Below are positions 14,814 to 23,710 of a stretch of 32,000 bases of DNA, piece by piece; positions within the stretch are counted from its first letter, which is position 1, and the number at the start of each line of letters is the position of its first letter. A program made the translations under genes and the position numbers. The stretch is taken from the NCBI RefSeq assembly GCF_000196355.1, contig NC_007614.1, positions 1,680,001 to 1,712,000 of the forward strand, written 5' to 3'. A model generated the notes under the pieces. That model had not been told where the DNA came from and ran no database searches. It saw only the letters and a list, made by a program, of their open reading frames with translations. The DNA is from Nitrosospira multiformis ATCC 25196. Its GTDB lineage: Bacteria; Pseudomonadota; Gammaproteobacteria; Burkholderiales; Nitrosomonadaceae.

Positions 14814-15031
14814 TTTTCTCTCCTTGAATACGTATTGAATTTAAAGACAGGGGATAGTATTTCCTTGAACTCTTGTTCCTCATTAGGCTTGAATTTGAAT
14901 TCCCGGATTTCCTCATCCCCTACAACAGTTTTCATACTGTTCACATTTTCAATCGAACCTTCCCGATTCCATCTCAAGCAATGACTCCTCTCTCCATATT
15001 GCGGGAGAATCACTGCATCATAAAGTGACAA
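14810..15031 (-). CDS. Hypothetical small protein (weak call)
   Basis: 73 aa from a TTG start, or 41 aa from the internal ATG, with no clear RBS for either. Its TGA stop overlaps the ATGATG start of the downstream glycine-rich gene. Charged sequence with an FKF repeat flavour (EIREFKFKPNEEQEFKEILSPVFKF). Confidence 0.25.
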   Translation of the reverse strand: MSLYDAVILPQYGERSHCLRWNREGSIENVNSMKTVVGDEEIREFKFKPNEEQEFKEILSPVFKFNTYSRREK

Positions 15032-15274
15032 GATGACTCATTCTGTGCGGGAACATACATAGCTCGTCATCGGTTTGCCATTCCTCGTTGCTGCTCGCTT
15101 GCTTCCATTTCTATTTCTGCGGATCACGAGAACGGGAGGAAGCAGGAAAAAGGACAGTGTGGGTTGCCGTACAGAACTCTGCAATCCTTACGACTATCTT
15201 TCGTTCATGCTTGTGTGTTCATGACTGGACATAAACAGCAAACCGCTCAATCCTGCATTCCATTGGAGATCATC

Positions 15275-15781
15275 ATGCCAACTACGCAGACCACTTCACA
15301 TAAAACCACGGAACACAAAACCACGAGAAGACCCAAACATGACGCAATAAAACTGCTGACTGACGACCACAACAAAGTCAAGAAGATGTTCAAGGAGTTC
15401 GAAAAACTGCACAAAAAGCAGGAGGAAGGCAAGGAAGAACTTGTGCAGCAGATCTGCAAGGAGCTCACGATCCATGCGCAGCTGGAGGAGGAAATATTCT
15501 ATCCTGCCGCGCGTGACGCAATTGATGATGATGATTTGATGAACGAAGCAGCTGTGGAGCATCAGGCCGCCAAGGATCTCATCGAAAAAATTCAATCAAC
15601 GAGCAGTTCGGACCCAATGTATGACGCCATGGTAAGCGTCCTTGGAGAATACGTTAATCACCATATAGAGGAAGAACAGAACGAGATATTCCCGAAGGTG
15701 GAAAAGGCAAAAATGGATCTTGAAGAACTCGGGTCTGAAATAGAAGAGCGCAAAGAAGCTCTCATGGAGGAGCAGGAATAG
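15275..15781 (+). CDS. Hemerythrin (HHE cation-binding) domain-containing protein
   Basis: I prefer the ATG at 15275 (TGGAGAT RBS) over the track start at 15164. 168 aa. DAIKLLTDDHNKVKKMF, HAQLEEEIFYP, EHQAAKDLI and NHHIEEEQNEIFP supply the His/Glu ligand pattern of hemerythrin-like domains. Confidence 0.85.
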   Translation: MPTTQTTSHKTTEHKTTRRPKHDAIKLLTDDHNKVKKMFKEFEKLHKKQEEGKEELVQQICKELTIHAQLEEEIFYPAARDAIDDDDLMNEAAVEHQAAKDLIEKIQSTSSSDPMYDAMVSVLGEYVNHHIEEEQNEIFPKVEKAKMDLEELGSEIEERKEALMEEQE

Positions 15782-15898
15782 CTGAAGTGAAGAAGAGTTA
15801 CAAGCTGGTTCGTTCTCTGATCCCTGGGCGGTTTGCCCGTTCGAAGCTGAGCCATCGCCCGGGGAAGGACCAACGCTTTCGTTCTTGATAAGAAAGAA

Positions 15899-15923
15899 AT
15901 GCCAGGATATTCAGTCCTGGCAT
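15899..15923. terminator. Perfect 9-bp stem hairpin, possible terminator of the ABC exporter gene
   Basis: ATGCCAGGA-tattcag-TCCTGGCAT. On the minus strand it is followed by TTCTTTCTT. It lies 156 nt beyond the ABC gene stop, so the assignment is tentative. Confidence 0.35.
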
Positions 15924-16078
15924 CATCTCGGTGTTACCCTTCTTTCTCTCGTTCAACCTTCGGGACCCCCTTTATTCAGGGCCCCGAAGGAGAAGAGCAT
16001 ATCTACGGTCGCCGCACGTTCGTGACAAGAAAAAGTGGATACCAGCGTAAGCCTTTCACCGATACCACCCCCTTTAAA

Positions 16079-17908
16079 TCAAAGAAAACCTCCCGACTGA
16101 TGCCGCCACAGCATGGCATACTGCCCCCCCTGCCTGAGAAGTTCCTCATGCGTGCCCTCCTCTACGATACATCCATCCTTGAGTACCAGCAATCGGTCCA
16201 GGCAAGCAATGGTAGATAAGCGATGCGCAATCGCAATCACTGTCTTGCCTTCCATCAGCCCCATCAACTGATCCTGGATCGCAAGCTCCACTTCACTATC
16301 GAGGGCCGAAGTGGCTTCATCCAGTATCAGGATCGGCGCATCCTTGAGCATGACGCGGGCGATGGCAATGCGCTGTTTCTGTCCGCCGCTGAGCTTGACG
16401 CCGCGCTCCCCTACGTGCGCATCGTAACCCGTGCGCCCCAGCCAATCCCTCTGGCTCATGATGAAGTCGTGCGCTTGGGCGCGCATCGCGGCTGCCTCGA
16501 TCTGTTCCCGGGTTGCTCCGGGACTGCCATAGGCAATGTTTTCGGCAATGGAGCGATTCAGCAGGGACACATCCTGGGCTACGACGCCGATGCAACGGCG
16601 CAGGCTCTCCTGCGTCACTTCGCGGATATCCTGTCCATCGATCCGGATACTGCCTGACTCCATCTCGTAGAAGCGCAGCAACAGATTGATCAACGTGGAT
16701 TTACCAGCGCCTGAGCTGCCCACGAGCCCCACGCGCTCACCCGGCCGAATGACACAATTGAGACTGTCCAGCACCTTGCGGCCGTCGCTGCGGCCGAATG
16801 TGAAGGTCAATCTCTCGAAACGGATTTCTCCACGTACTTCGCCGGCATCCAGCTCGTGCGCGCCGGGCTTGTCAGCCAGAGCGTTGGTCACGGCAACGGT
16901 TTGCATGCCCTCCTGCACCACGCCCATGTGTTCAAAAGCCCGATTCAGTTCCCAGCTGACCCATCCTGCCGCATTGGCGATCGTCCAGGCCAGTGGCACA
17001 GCCATAGCGACTACGCCCGCATCAATTCTTCCCTGAGCCCACAACATGATGCCGATCGCGGTCGTGCCCGCCAGCAAAAACGCATTGAGCAAGGATAATG
17101 TGGTGGAGAATTTTGTGATCATGCGCATATGAGCGGCAATGGCGATCGTATGATGTTCGATTGCTTCGCGCACGTAAGCGTCTTCGTCGCTCGCGCGCGA
17201 GAACAGCTTAACGGTAAGGATGTTGCTATAGCTGTCCACAACACGTCCCATCACCGCGGAGCGCCGCTCGCTGCTGCTTCTCGCCAGGTCACGCATGCGC
17301 GGCACAAAGTATCGCAGGAAAAAAACATACCCGATAAACCATAACACCGTAGGGATCGCCAACCGCCAGTCAGCCTCGCTCATTAGCCACAGCGAAGAAA
17401 CGCCATACACCCCGATGTACCAGATGGCATGGATGCTCGACACTACGCATTCGCGCACCGCATCCCCCATGTGCATCACGCGGTTTGCCATTCGTCCGGC
17501 AAAATCGTTCTGAAAGAGGGACCAACTCTGCCGGATGACGTGCCAGTGGCTCTGCCACCGGATCATGCTGGTTACCCCAGGTACTACGGCATTGTGACGC
17601 ACAAGGCTATCGATCAGAATCGCGAGCGGCCGGGCGATCAGCACCAGCAGGGCCATGCCGAATAGCATTGAAGTTGCATCGCGCAACGCGGCAACTCTCG
17701 CGGTCGCCTCCATCACCTCTACAAGGCGCCCAATGAAAACGGGAATTAGCGTGTCGATGAGAGCGACGGCTAACCCCGTAGCAAACAATGCCCCATATAA
17801 ACCTTTTGTCTGGCTGATAAAGTGCCAATAGAACGCCAGCAACTCCGGGGGCGGGGATTTTTTAGGGACGACAGTGGGCCGAACGCGTTGCTCAAAAAAA
17901 GCGAACAT
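16079..17908 (-). CDS. ABC transporter, fused permease/ATP-binding exporter
   Basis: 609 aa. The N-terminal ~330 aa has several hydrophobic helices. Walker A GSSGAGKST, signature LSGGQKQR, Walker B ILILDEATSALD, and H-loop IAHRLST. No peptidase or other accessory domain. Substrate unknown. Confidence 0.9.
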   Translation of the reverse strand: MFAFFEQRVRPTVVPKKSPPPELLAFYWHFISQTKGLYGALFATGLAVALIDTLIPVFIGRLVEVMEATARVAALRDATSMLFGMALLVLIARPLAILIDSLVRHNAVVPGVTSMIRWQSHWHVIRQSWSLFQNDFAGRMANRVMHMGDAVRECVVSSIHAIWYIGVYGVSSLWLMSEADWRLAIPTVLWFIGYVFFLRYFVPRMRDLARSSSERRSAVMGRVVDSYSNILTVKLFSRASDEDAYVREAIEHHTIAIAAHMRMITKFSTTLSLLNAFLLAGTTAIGIMLWAQGRIDAGVVAMAVPLAWTIANAAGWVSWELNRAFEHMGVVQEGMQTVAVTNALADKPGAHELDAGEVRGEIRFERLTFTFGRSDGRKVLDSLNCVIRPGERVGLVGSSGAGKSTLINLLLRFYEMESGSIRIDGQDIREVTQESLRRCIGVVAQDVSLLNRSIAENIAYGSPGATREQIEAAAMRAQAHDFIMSQRDWLGRTGYDAHVGERGVKLSGGQKQRIAIARVMLKDAPILILDEATSALDSEVELAIQDQLMGLMEGKTVIAIAHRLSTIACLDRLLVLKDGCIVEEGTHEELLRQGGQYAMLWRHQSGGFL

Positions 17909-18044
17909 GTAAAAAGAACCTCAGGGTTAAAAAAATACGGGAGTCTGTCTGGAAATGGGAGTGAAAAATGGGAATCAATTTTGCCTCGCTGCAAACCAGA
18001 GGCATGAAGCTGGTCTTAATCGACATATCCATCGCAGGAAAAAT

Positions 18045-18128
18045 TCAGGGAAGCCTTTCTTTATCGGGTTTGTAACGGCGAGCAAGATAATCCAAGGGAT
18101 GATCTCTCGGTGGATCGAATTCAGGCAT
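18045..18128 (-). CDS. Candidate 27-aa small ORF upstream of the ABC exporter (speculative)
   Basis: Below the track's length cutoff. AGGAG lies 8 nt upstream of ATG. The product is MPEFDPPRDHPLDYLARRYKPDKERLP*. It is co-oriented with the ABC gene and 136 nt upstream of it. No homolog recognised. Confidence 0.25.
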   Translation of the reverse strand: MPEFDPPRDHPLDYLARRYKPDKERLP

Positions 18129-18620
18129 GTTTTGACTCCTGTTTCAGCAATAGCCCGTGGGTTCGAAAACGTTTATACATCCGGATACAGCCGGACTGAT
18201 GCAGCCGCTATAACGCTGGATCACGCTCGAGGTTTACTCGGAAAAGGCCTTTTTGAACGAACTGGAGGGAGCGACTGAGGAAAATTGCCGGTATTCAGGA
18301 AGAATGACGGTTCAGTGGAGAATGAAGGAGTTGGAGAAACCGGTTATCTCCTCTCTTGCATGAGGGGATTTGGGAAGGGCATTTATCTCTTCTCCTGCAT
18401 GGAAAGAAGTCCTGGGAAGCATTACATTATTTAGTCCCTTTCCCGCTTGTGGGAAAGGGAAATGGATACTGGGACACGCACCATCACGTTTGTCCTGTAG
18501 CCATCAAAACGGTTGGTGATTACTGCTTGCAACCGATGGTCAATCCCTGATTGATTTTTCGTTTAAGAAAAAGAGCTAGCCAGGAACCAAAATCCAACAG
18601 ATGGGCAGCAACTACTACAA

Positions 18621-18989
18621 CTAATACTTGCTGCCACCCCCCGAGTCCGCGCCAGATCCACTCCCGTAGCTACCGCCCGCGCCGCCAGCAGAACTACCAC
18701 CTGATGAGTAACCTGTGCTACTGTCGTCTCCCCGCCGATCCATATCCGTGCCCTTTTTGGACCGCTCGCCTTTCTGGCCATACTGACCTTTATCATATTG
18801 ACCTTTTTCTCCGGAGCCGGCGTCATACTGACCTGGCGCCGACTGCATCCCCGGTACTCCCTGACTTGGTGTCCCGGTCGTCGCCCCGGTACCCGTCTGT
18901 GCGTGCAGCATTCCTCCTCCTGCTAGAGCAAATGCCATTGTCGCTAGAGATGAAATAATCGCTTTCTTCAATGTCCAAAACTGTTTCAT
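18621..18989 (-). CDS. Secreted Gly/Ser/Gln-rich low-complexity protein (C)
   Basis: I prefer the ATG at 18989 (GGGAGA RBS 5 nt upstream) over the track start at 19049. 122 aa. Signal peptide MKQFWTLKKAIISSLATMAFALAGGGMLHA|QTG. The mature part is GQYDKGQYGQKGERSKKGTDMDRRG...GGSSAGGAGGSYGSGSGADSGGGSKY. Confidence 0.7.
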   Translation of the reverse strand: MKQFWTLKKAIISSLATMAFALAGGGMLHAQTGTGATTGTPSQGVPGMQSAPGQYDAGSGEKGQYDKGQYGQKGERSKKGTDMDRRGDDSSTGYSSGGSSAGGAGGSYGSGSGADSGGGSKY

Positions 18990-19109
18990 GGAAATCTCCC
19001 GAGAATAAATTTCAGAACGAAAAAAAGTAAGGGGATTCACCTTTTTCACTCAAGGAATCTGAGCAAGCTTCCTATGATTTCGATCGTTTCAGTCACCTGC
19101 CTTGCCATG

Positions 19110-19343
19110 CTACTTGGATGAACTGCCACGGCTTGAAGATGAGCTGCCTCTTCCACCACCATGGGAAGCCTCTCCACCTTTCCGCCCGGCTTCACGAGCC
19201 TCTTCGGAAGAGAACTCATGGGCAGTGCCTTTCGCATGAGCTGCTTTTCCACCTTTACTCGCAATTTCCCGTTGTTTCTCCTGATCCATTGAAGCGAAAC
19301 CCCGCTTGCTGGTATTGCCGCTACCGCTTTTTGATGAAGGCAT
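19110..19343 (-). CDS. KGG-repeat general stress protein (YciG/con-10-like)
   Basis: I prefer the ATG at 19343 (AAGGAG 6 nt upstream) over the track start at 19385. 77 aa. RGFASMDQEKQREIASKGGKAAH...EFSSEEAREAGRKGGEASHGG matches the stress-induced KGG repeat family. Confidence 0.85.
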   Translation of the reverse strand: MPSSKSGSGNTSKRGFASMDQEKQREIASKGGKAAHAKGTAHEFSSEEAREAGRKGGEASHGGGRGSSSSSRGSSSK

Positions 19344-19600
19344 GTTTATCTCCTTGTACAAAAATATTGAGAATCCATTGAACATATGCTTCTACCATTC
19401 CAGGCGATCTTCTTTTATGGCCTCGGAAGCCTGATCTCTACCATCCAACGAATTTCAGGAAAAATCTTTGGTGAAACGCAGTTTTCATCTTAGTTGGCGA
19501 ACTGGTTGTTTTATGTACGGAGCCACACATACTCCAAAATCAAACAAGTTATAAAGGATATAAAAGATGAATGCATAACCTGGCTCTACTTGGCAGAGAC

Positions 19601-20491
19601 TCATGAAGATGCGTGACCGTGCGCCGATCCCGATTCTCCCGGTTCATATAAAGTGCCTTGTGGATGTAGCGGGAAGACCCTTTCCCGCTGGCCGCTTCCG
19701 CGCTTGGCGGACATCTTGTCTCCGAAACTCGGAGCAAGCTTGGATATCATCGTGTTGACGACCGCCATTGCACCGACCTTTACGTCACGTCCTCCTTCAG
19801 TAGCTGCTTTCAGTATCGCTTCAGCAACCTGCTCGGGATTGATCAGAGGGGGCGGCAATTTTGGCTCCTTGTCCATATAATTCTTGGCATGCTGCGGAAA
19901 AGGTGTATTCACGGCGGAAGGCTGAATCAGTGTAATCACTACGGGTGCCTTGTCGAATTCCTGGACTTCCACGCGTAATGCATCAGTGAAGCCTTTCACC
20001 GCATGCTTGGATGCGGAATACATTCCCAGAAGAGGCACGATAGCCTCGGAAGTTTCGCTGCCTACATTTATGAGCGCTCCGCCCTGCTTTTTCAGGTAAG
20101 GCAAGGCGGCAAGCGAACCATTGACCACCCCCCAGAAGTTGGTATCGAAAAGACGCCGGCTGTCGGCTTCGTTGACTTCATCGAGACGTCCGTAAATTGC
20201 CACACCTGCGTTATTGATCCAGGTATCGATATGGCCAAAACGGTCAACCGCAGTTTGCGCCGCGAGACGCATTTTTTCCCGATCGGCAACATCCGCGACA
20301 ACATCGATAGCCTCCCCTCCAGTGTTTGCTATCCTTGCAACCAGATGCTCGAGTGTTTTAGCACTACGAGCAATAAGAACGAGCTTTGCCCCCCGTTCTG
20401 CTGCAAGCATTGCTGTAGCAAGGCCTATGCCGCTTGATGCACCGGTAATCACAATCACTTGCTGGTCGAGAGGTTTAAGAGAAGTTTGCAT
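19601..20491 (-). CDS. SDR-family oxidoreductase
   Basis: ATG at 20491 (AGGTGA RBS); the track GTG start is 3 codons upstream. TGASSGIG cofactor motif, NNAG, and the catalytic YSASK. It has a C-terminal extension of about 60 aa. Confidence 0.9.
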   Translation of the reverse strand: MQTSLKPLDQQVIVITGASSGIGLATAMLAAERGAKLVLIARSAKTLEHLVARIANTGGEAIDVVADVADREKMRLAAQTAVDRFGHIDTWINNAGVAIYGRLDEVNEADSRRLFDTNFWGVVNGSLAALPYLKKQGGALINVGSETSEAIVPLLGMYSASKHAVKGFTDALRVEVQEFDKAPVVITLIQPSAVNTPFPQHAKNYMDKEPKLPPPLINPEQVAEAILKAATEGGRDVKVGAMAVVNTMISKLAPSFGDKMSAKRGSGQRERVFPLHPQGTLYEPGESGSAHGHASS

Positions 20492-20691
20492 GATTCTCAC
20501 CTTGAAAAAATGACATGGGAAAAATCAGGTAATGCATCAAGGCTAGAAGCTGTCGCATATTTCGACTGTGCAGAATCGCACATAGCGGGTACCCGAAATC
20601 CACGGGAGCAAGAGTGCTTACCCCTCCTTAACGGAAGGGTGTCGAGCCATAGGTGATGAAACAGCTCGAAAAGCGGGATTCACAAAGGTGA

Positions 20692-20721
20692 GGCCCAATT
20701 AAACTTTCATGTGATTGGGCC
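20692..20721 (-). terminator. Hairpin downstream of hybrid kinase 1
   Basis: GGCCCAAT-N14-ATTGGGCC, about 80 nt beyond the stop at 20803, followed on the minus strand by moderately T-rich sequence. Confidence 0.3.
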
Positions 20722-20802
20722 AGGGAAGCCTGGCATGACGATAAACAGTTCGGTCACCCGAATCGAAGACCAGCCGGGTAATCCCGAAGACAAAACACGC
20801 AG

Positions 20803-23244
20803 TTAGATCGAAGCAATCAGTTCTGTCAGAACTTTGAAGTTTACCGGTTTGGTCAGATGATGATCGAAGCCGCTCTCGTGCGACAGCTGCCGGTCTTTTT
20901 CCTGGCCCCAGCCGGTCAGCGCGATGAGCTTTATATTGTTGAATTGCGGCTGCACCCGAATACGTCGTGCCACTTCGTTACCATCCATCCCCGGCATACC
21001 GATATCCATCAAAACGACATCAGGCAGATAATGGGGAAGCGTGGCAAGTGCGGCAGGCCCGCTATCTACTGCTTTGACATCCACTCCCATTGATTGCAAC
21101 AACATACACAGGACCTCCGCGGCGTCCTGATTGTCATCGACCACCAGCACGCGCAGTTCCTGCGGGGCGAATGCCACCTTCTCGGATTGACCGCTTTTTC
21201 CACTTGTAGTGATCTCGGACAAAGGCAGGCGCACTGTGAATTCACTGCCTTTATCCTTTCCTTCACTCGAGGCCTCGACACTACCGCCGTGCATCTGGAC
21301 AAGGCGGTCCACCAGGTTGAGGCCAATCCCTAGTCCCTCCTGAGTGCCCATGCCGCTGCGCCGCTCCTGCGCAAACATATCGAATAAACGCGGCAGCATT
21401 CCCGGTAATATTCCTATACCATTGTCCTTCACGGATACGACAGCTTTATGATCTTCCTGGCGGGCGGTAAGCCATATCTTTCCCCCTCTCCCGGTGTAGC
21501 GCACAGCATTGTTGAGCAGATTCGCGAAGATCTGTTCCAGACGCACCGTGTCGCCATACACAATCAAAGGCGTATCGGTGATGGATATGCTCAATTCGAG
21601 CTCCTTTTCCCTTATCTGTTCCATGCTGGCCTCGGCTGCATTGCGCAAGACAATGGCCAGATCAGTGGGTTTCTGGCGCAATTCGACCTTTCCGCTGGTG
21701 ATCCGCGATATCTCCAGGAGATCATCCACCAGTCGAACCATGTAGTTGACCTGCCGGTTGATGACAGGCAGCAGACGAGGTATTTCGGCTGCTCCATCGG
21801 GGCCTGCAATGAGTGTCAGCGCGCTGGCAATCGGGGCGAGCGGATTACGCAACTCATGTGCGAGCGTAGCGAGAAACTCATCCTTCCGACGGTCGGCCTC
21901 CAGCAGAGCGGTTTCTGCAGCTACTGCTTCAGTAATATCTATCGATATGCCCACATGCCCCGCGTACTCATCCCTGACGGTAAACCACGGCAAGGCATAC
22001 GATTTCAGCCAGCGCCACTCCCCCTCGGCTGTCCTGGCGCGGACCCGCTGTCTCAAGTGCGCCCGGTCATGTAGCGCCCGCTCGAACGCGGCAACATATG
22101 CAGGGGCATCGTCAGGATGAAGAAGCTCGCGCCATCCGGTCGGCATCAGCTCTTCCAGACTCTTCCCGAACATGTACTGGTAGCGCTGGTTGAGATAAAC
22201 CGCATTTCCTTGTGGATCCACCTGCCAGATCAGGGCTGGGGAAGCCTCCGCCAGCGCACGGAATCTTGCCTCGCTCTCGCGCAGGCTATGTTCGACGCGT
22301 TTGCGTTCCGTTATGTCGACCACATATGCTACCGCCTCGTTGCCGAGGAGTTGCTTCATCGCGATTAATGCCCACCACCGGGACCCATCCTTGCGAAATA
22401 ATTCCTTTTCATGAGGGGCCACTCGCCCCATTGCCTTGAGTTCCTCTGCAGCCCGGGAAGTACTCATTCGCCACTCCGGCGGGATTAGCTCATCGCATCG
22501 CAGCGCCCCTGCTCGCTCATCGTCCCGACTGAAGCCACTCATCTCCAGGAAGGCATCGTTCGCTTCAGTAATCCGATTTTCGCTATCGAAGAAAATGATT
22601 CCGACAGTCTCGATCTCGAGAGCCTGGCAGAAGCGCTGTTCGCTCTCACGCAGCGCCTGCTCAGCCAAGGCCTCCTTGAACCTGATTTTCTTCGCTTCAT
22701 GAGCACGTGCCCGGACAAGCTCTGTTGTCTCGGTTACCGTCACAAGTACACCCGACACTCCGGTTTGCTTCGCATCTGGGGAAACCTCCCTGGAAAAGCT
22801 GTCCTTGATATCGGGAACGGGGCTGTAGGTAAGTTTGAAAAAAGCCTCTTCGGGACTTCCGGTGCGATTAATGACAAGCGGTTGATCATCAAAGCTGAAG
22901 GATTGGCGCCGCTCCATCACCCCCTCACAGATGGGCGCAAGAAAATGCCATACCTCCGGCCAACACTCCGAAACAGGTTGCCCCAATCCATCCGGATGCT
23001 TGGCGCCCATCAGATTGCGATAACCATCATTATAGATCTGTATCAGCTTTGGTCCCCACAGTAACAGGACGGCCGACGGCATCAGCAATATCATGTTGAC
23101 TGCGAATCGAAGAGCAGGTGACCATGCCGATATAGGCCCAAGACTCGAATCGATCCAATCATGGGTAAAAATCAGTGCCCCCATCTCGCTGCCTTGCAGC
23201 CACCCCGGCAGTTCTGCACAGCTTGTGGTTTCCCGCTCGTTCAT
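20803..23244 (-). CDS. Hybrid sensor histidine kinase/response regulator (soluble, multi-PAS)
   Basis: I prefer the ATG at 23244 (GAGGAAGGG RBS) over 23310. 813 aa. N-terminal PAS-like sensor module (WS..L...PSAVLLLWGPKLIQIYNDGYRNLMGAKHPDGLGQP), then two PAS-like segments. H-box FLATLAHELRNPLAPI, N/G boxes of HATPase_c, and a C-terminal receiver (VLVVDDNQD...MDIGMPGMDG...KP). No transmembrane helices. Confidence 0.9.
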   Translation of the reverse strand: MNERETTSCAELPGWLQGSEMGALIFTHDWIDSSLGPISAWSPALRFAVNMILLMPSAVLLLWGPKLIQIYNDGYRNLMGAKHPDGLGQPVSECWPEVWHFLAPICEGVMERRQSFSFDDQPLVINRTGSPEEAFFKLTYSPVPDIKDSFSREVSPDAKQTGVSGVLVTVTETTELVRARAHEAKKIRFKEALAEQALRESEQRFCQALEIETVGIIFFDSENRITEANDAFLEMSGFSRDDERAGALRCDELIPPEWRMSTSRAAEELKAMGRVAPHEKELFRKDGSRWWALIAMKQLLGNEAVAYVVDITERKRVEHSLRESEARFRALAEASPALIWQVDPQGNAVYLNQRYQYMFGKSLEELMPTGWRELLHPDDAPAYVAAFERALHDRAHLRQRVRARTAEGEWRWLKSYALPWFTVRDEYAGHVGISIDITEAVAAETALLEADRRKDEFLATLAHELRNPLAPIASALTLIAGPDGAAEIPRLLPVINRQVNYMVRLVDDLLEISRITSGKVELRQKPTDLAIVLRNAAEASMEQIREKELELSISITDTPLIVYGDTVRLEQIFANLLNNAVRYTGRGGKIWLTARQEDHKAVVSVKDNGIGILPGMLPRLFDMFAQERRSGMGTQEGLGIGLNLVDRLVQMHGGSVEASSEGKDKGSEFTVRLPLSEITTSGKSGQSEKVAFAPQELRVLVVDDNQDAAEVLCMLLQSMGVDVKAVDSGPAALATLPHYLPDVVLMDIGMPGMDGNEVARRIRVQPQFNNIKLIALTGWGQEKDRQLSHESGFDHHLTKPVNFKVLTELIASI

Positions 23245-23710
23245 CCCTTCCTCTTTCTGACACAATATTGATATTACGCATTGTGGAGAACCCTGTTCAA
23301 AGCCTAGCATAACTCACGCTCCGAAGCCTGAAAGAAGCTCTCCAAATTTCGGATTCCTGGCTGACTTCAATATGATCTGGAGCGCTCTAATGCGAATATC
23401 CATAAAATCGCTCCGGTTCTCGCCACACCATACACAAGGAACACCTTCCCCTCCTTCTGCGCACAACACGACATCAACAAGGCAGGCCTCCCTCAAGTCC
23501 TGCTTGAATCATTCACGGCCGCCGGCGGCAGAGGCGGAGGAAGAGGCAGGCTTGAGTTTGCAGGGACTCCAATAAATTAGTAAAACCTCCTCTATATATG
23601 GCTGTCAAAACTCTTGAACAGATCAGTTTACACGCATGCCTGCTGCCGGTGATTACCGCTTTAAGCCACCCTGGTTTGGACAAACTTCATAAAGGGGAAT
23701 AAAACAGCAA

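Noticed and set aside
15164-15274. Upstream extension of the hemerythrin ORF (37 extra codons from a TTG start at 15164)
   Set aside because: The extension is hydrophobic and Cys-rich and unlike hemerythrin-domain proteins. The ATG at 15275 has a proper RBS and gives a typical N-terminus.
18150-18175. GGGTTCGAAAAC resembling a tRNA T-loop
   Set aside because: The flanks cannot form a T-stem or acceptor stem, and there is no cloverleaf context.
21448-22074. Antisense and alternative-frame ORFs within the three kinase genes (e.g. 21448-22074 +, 22699-23064 +, 23852-24502 -, 24210-24584 +)
   Set aside because: All lie inside long ORFs with complete PAS/HisKA/HATPase/REC motif sets. Their sequences are Arg/Ser/Pro-biased in the way typical of off-frame translation of moderately GC-rich genes.
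23314-23496. 60-aa minus-strand ORF immediately upstream of hybrid kinase 1
   Set aside because: No RBS and no recognisable motif. It lies in the divergent promoter region. It was kept in mind only because of its position.
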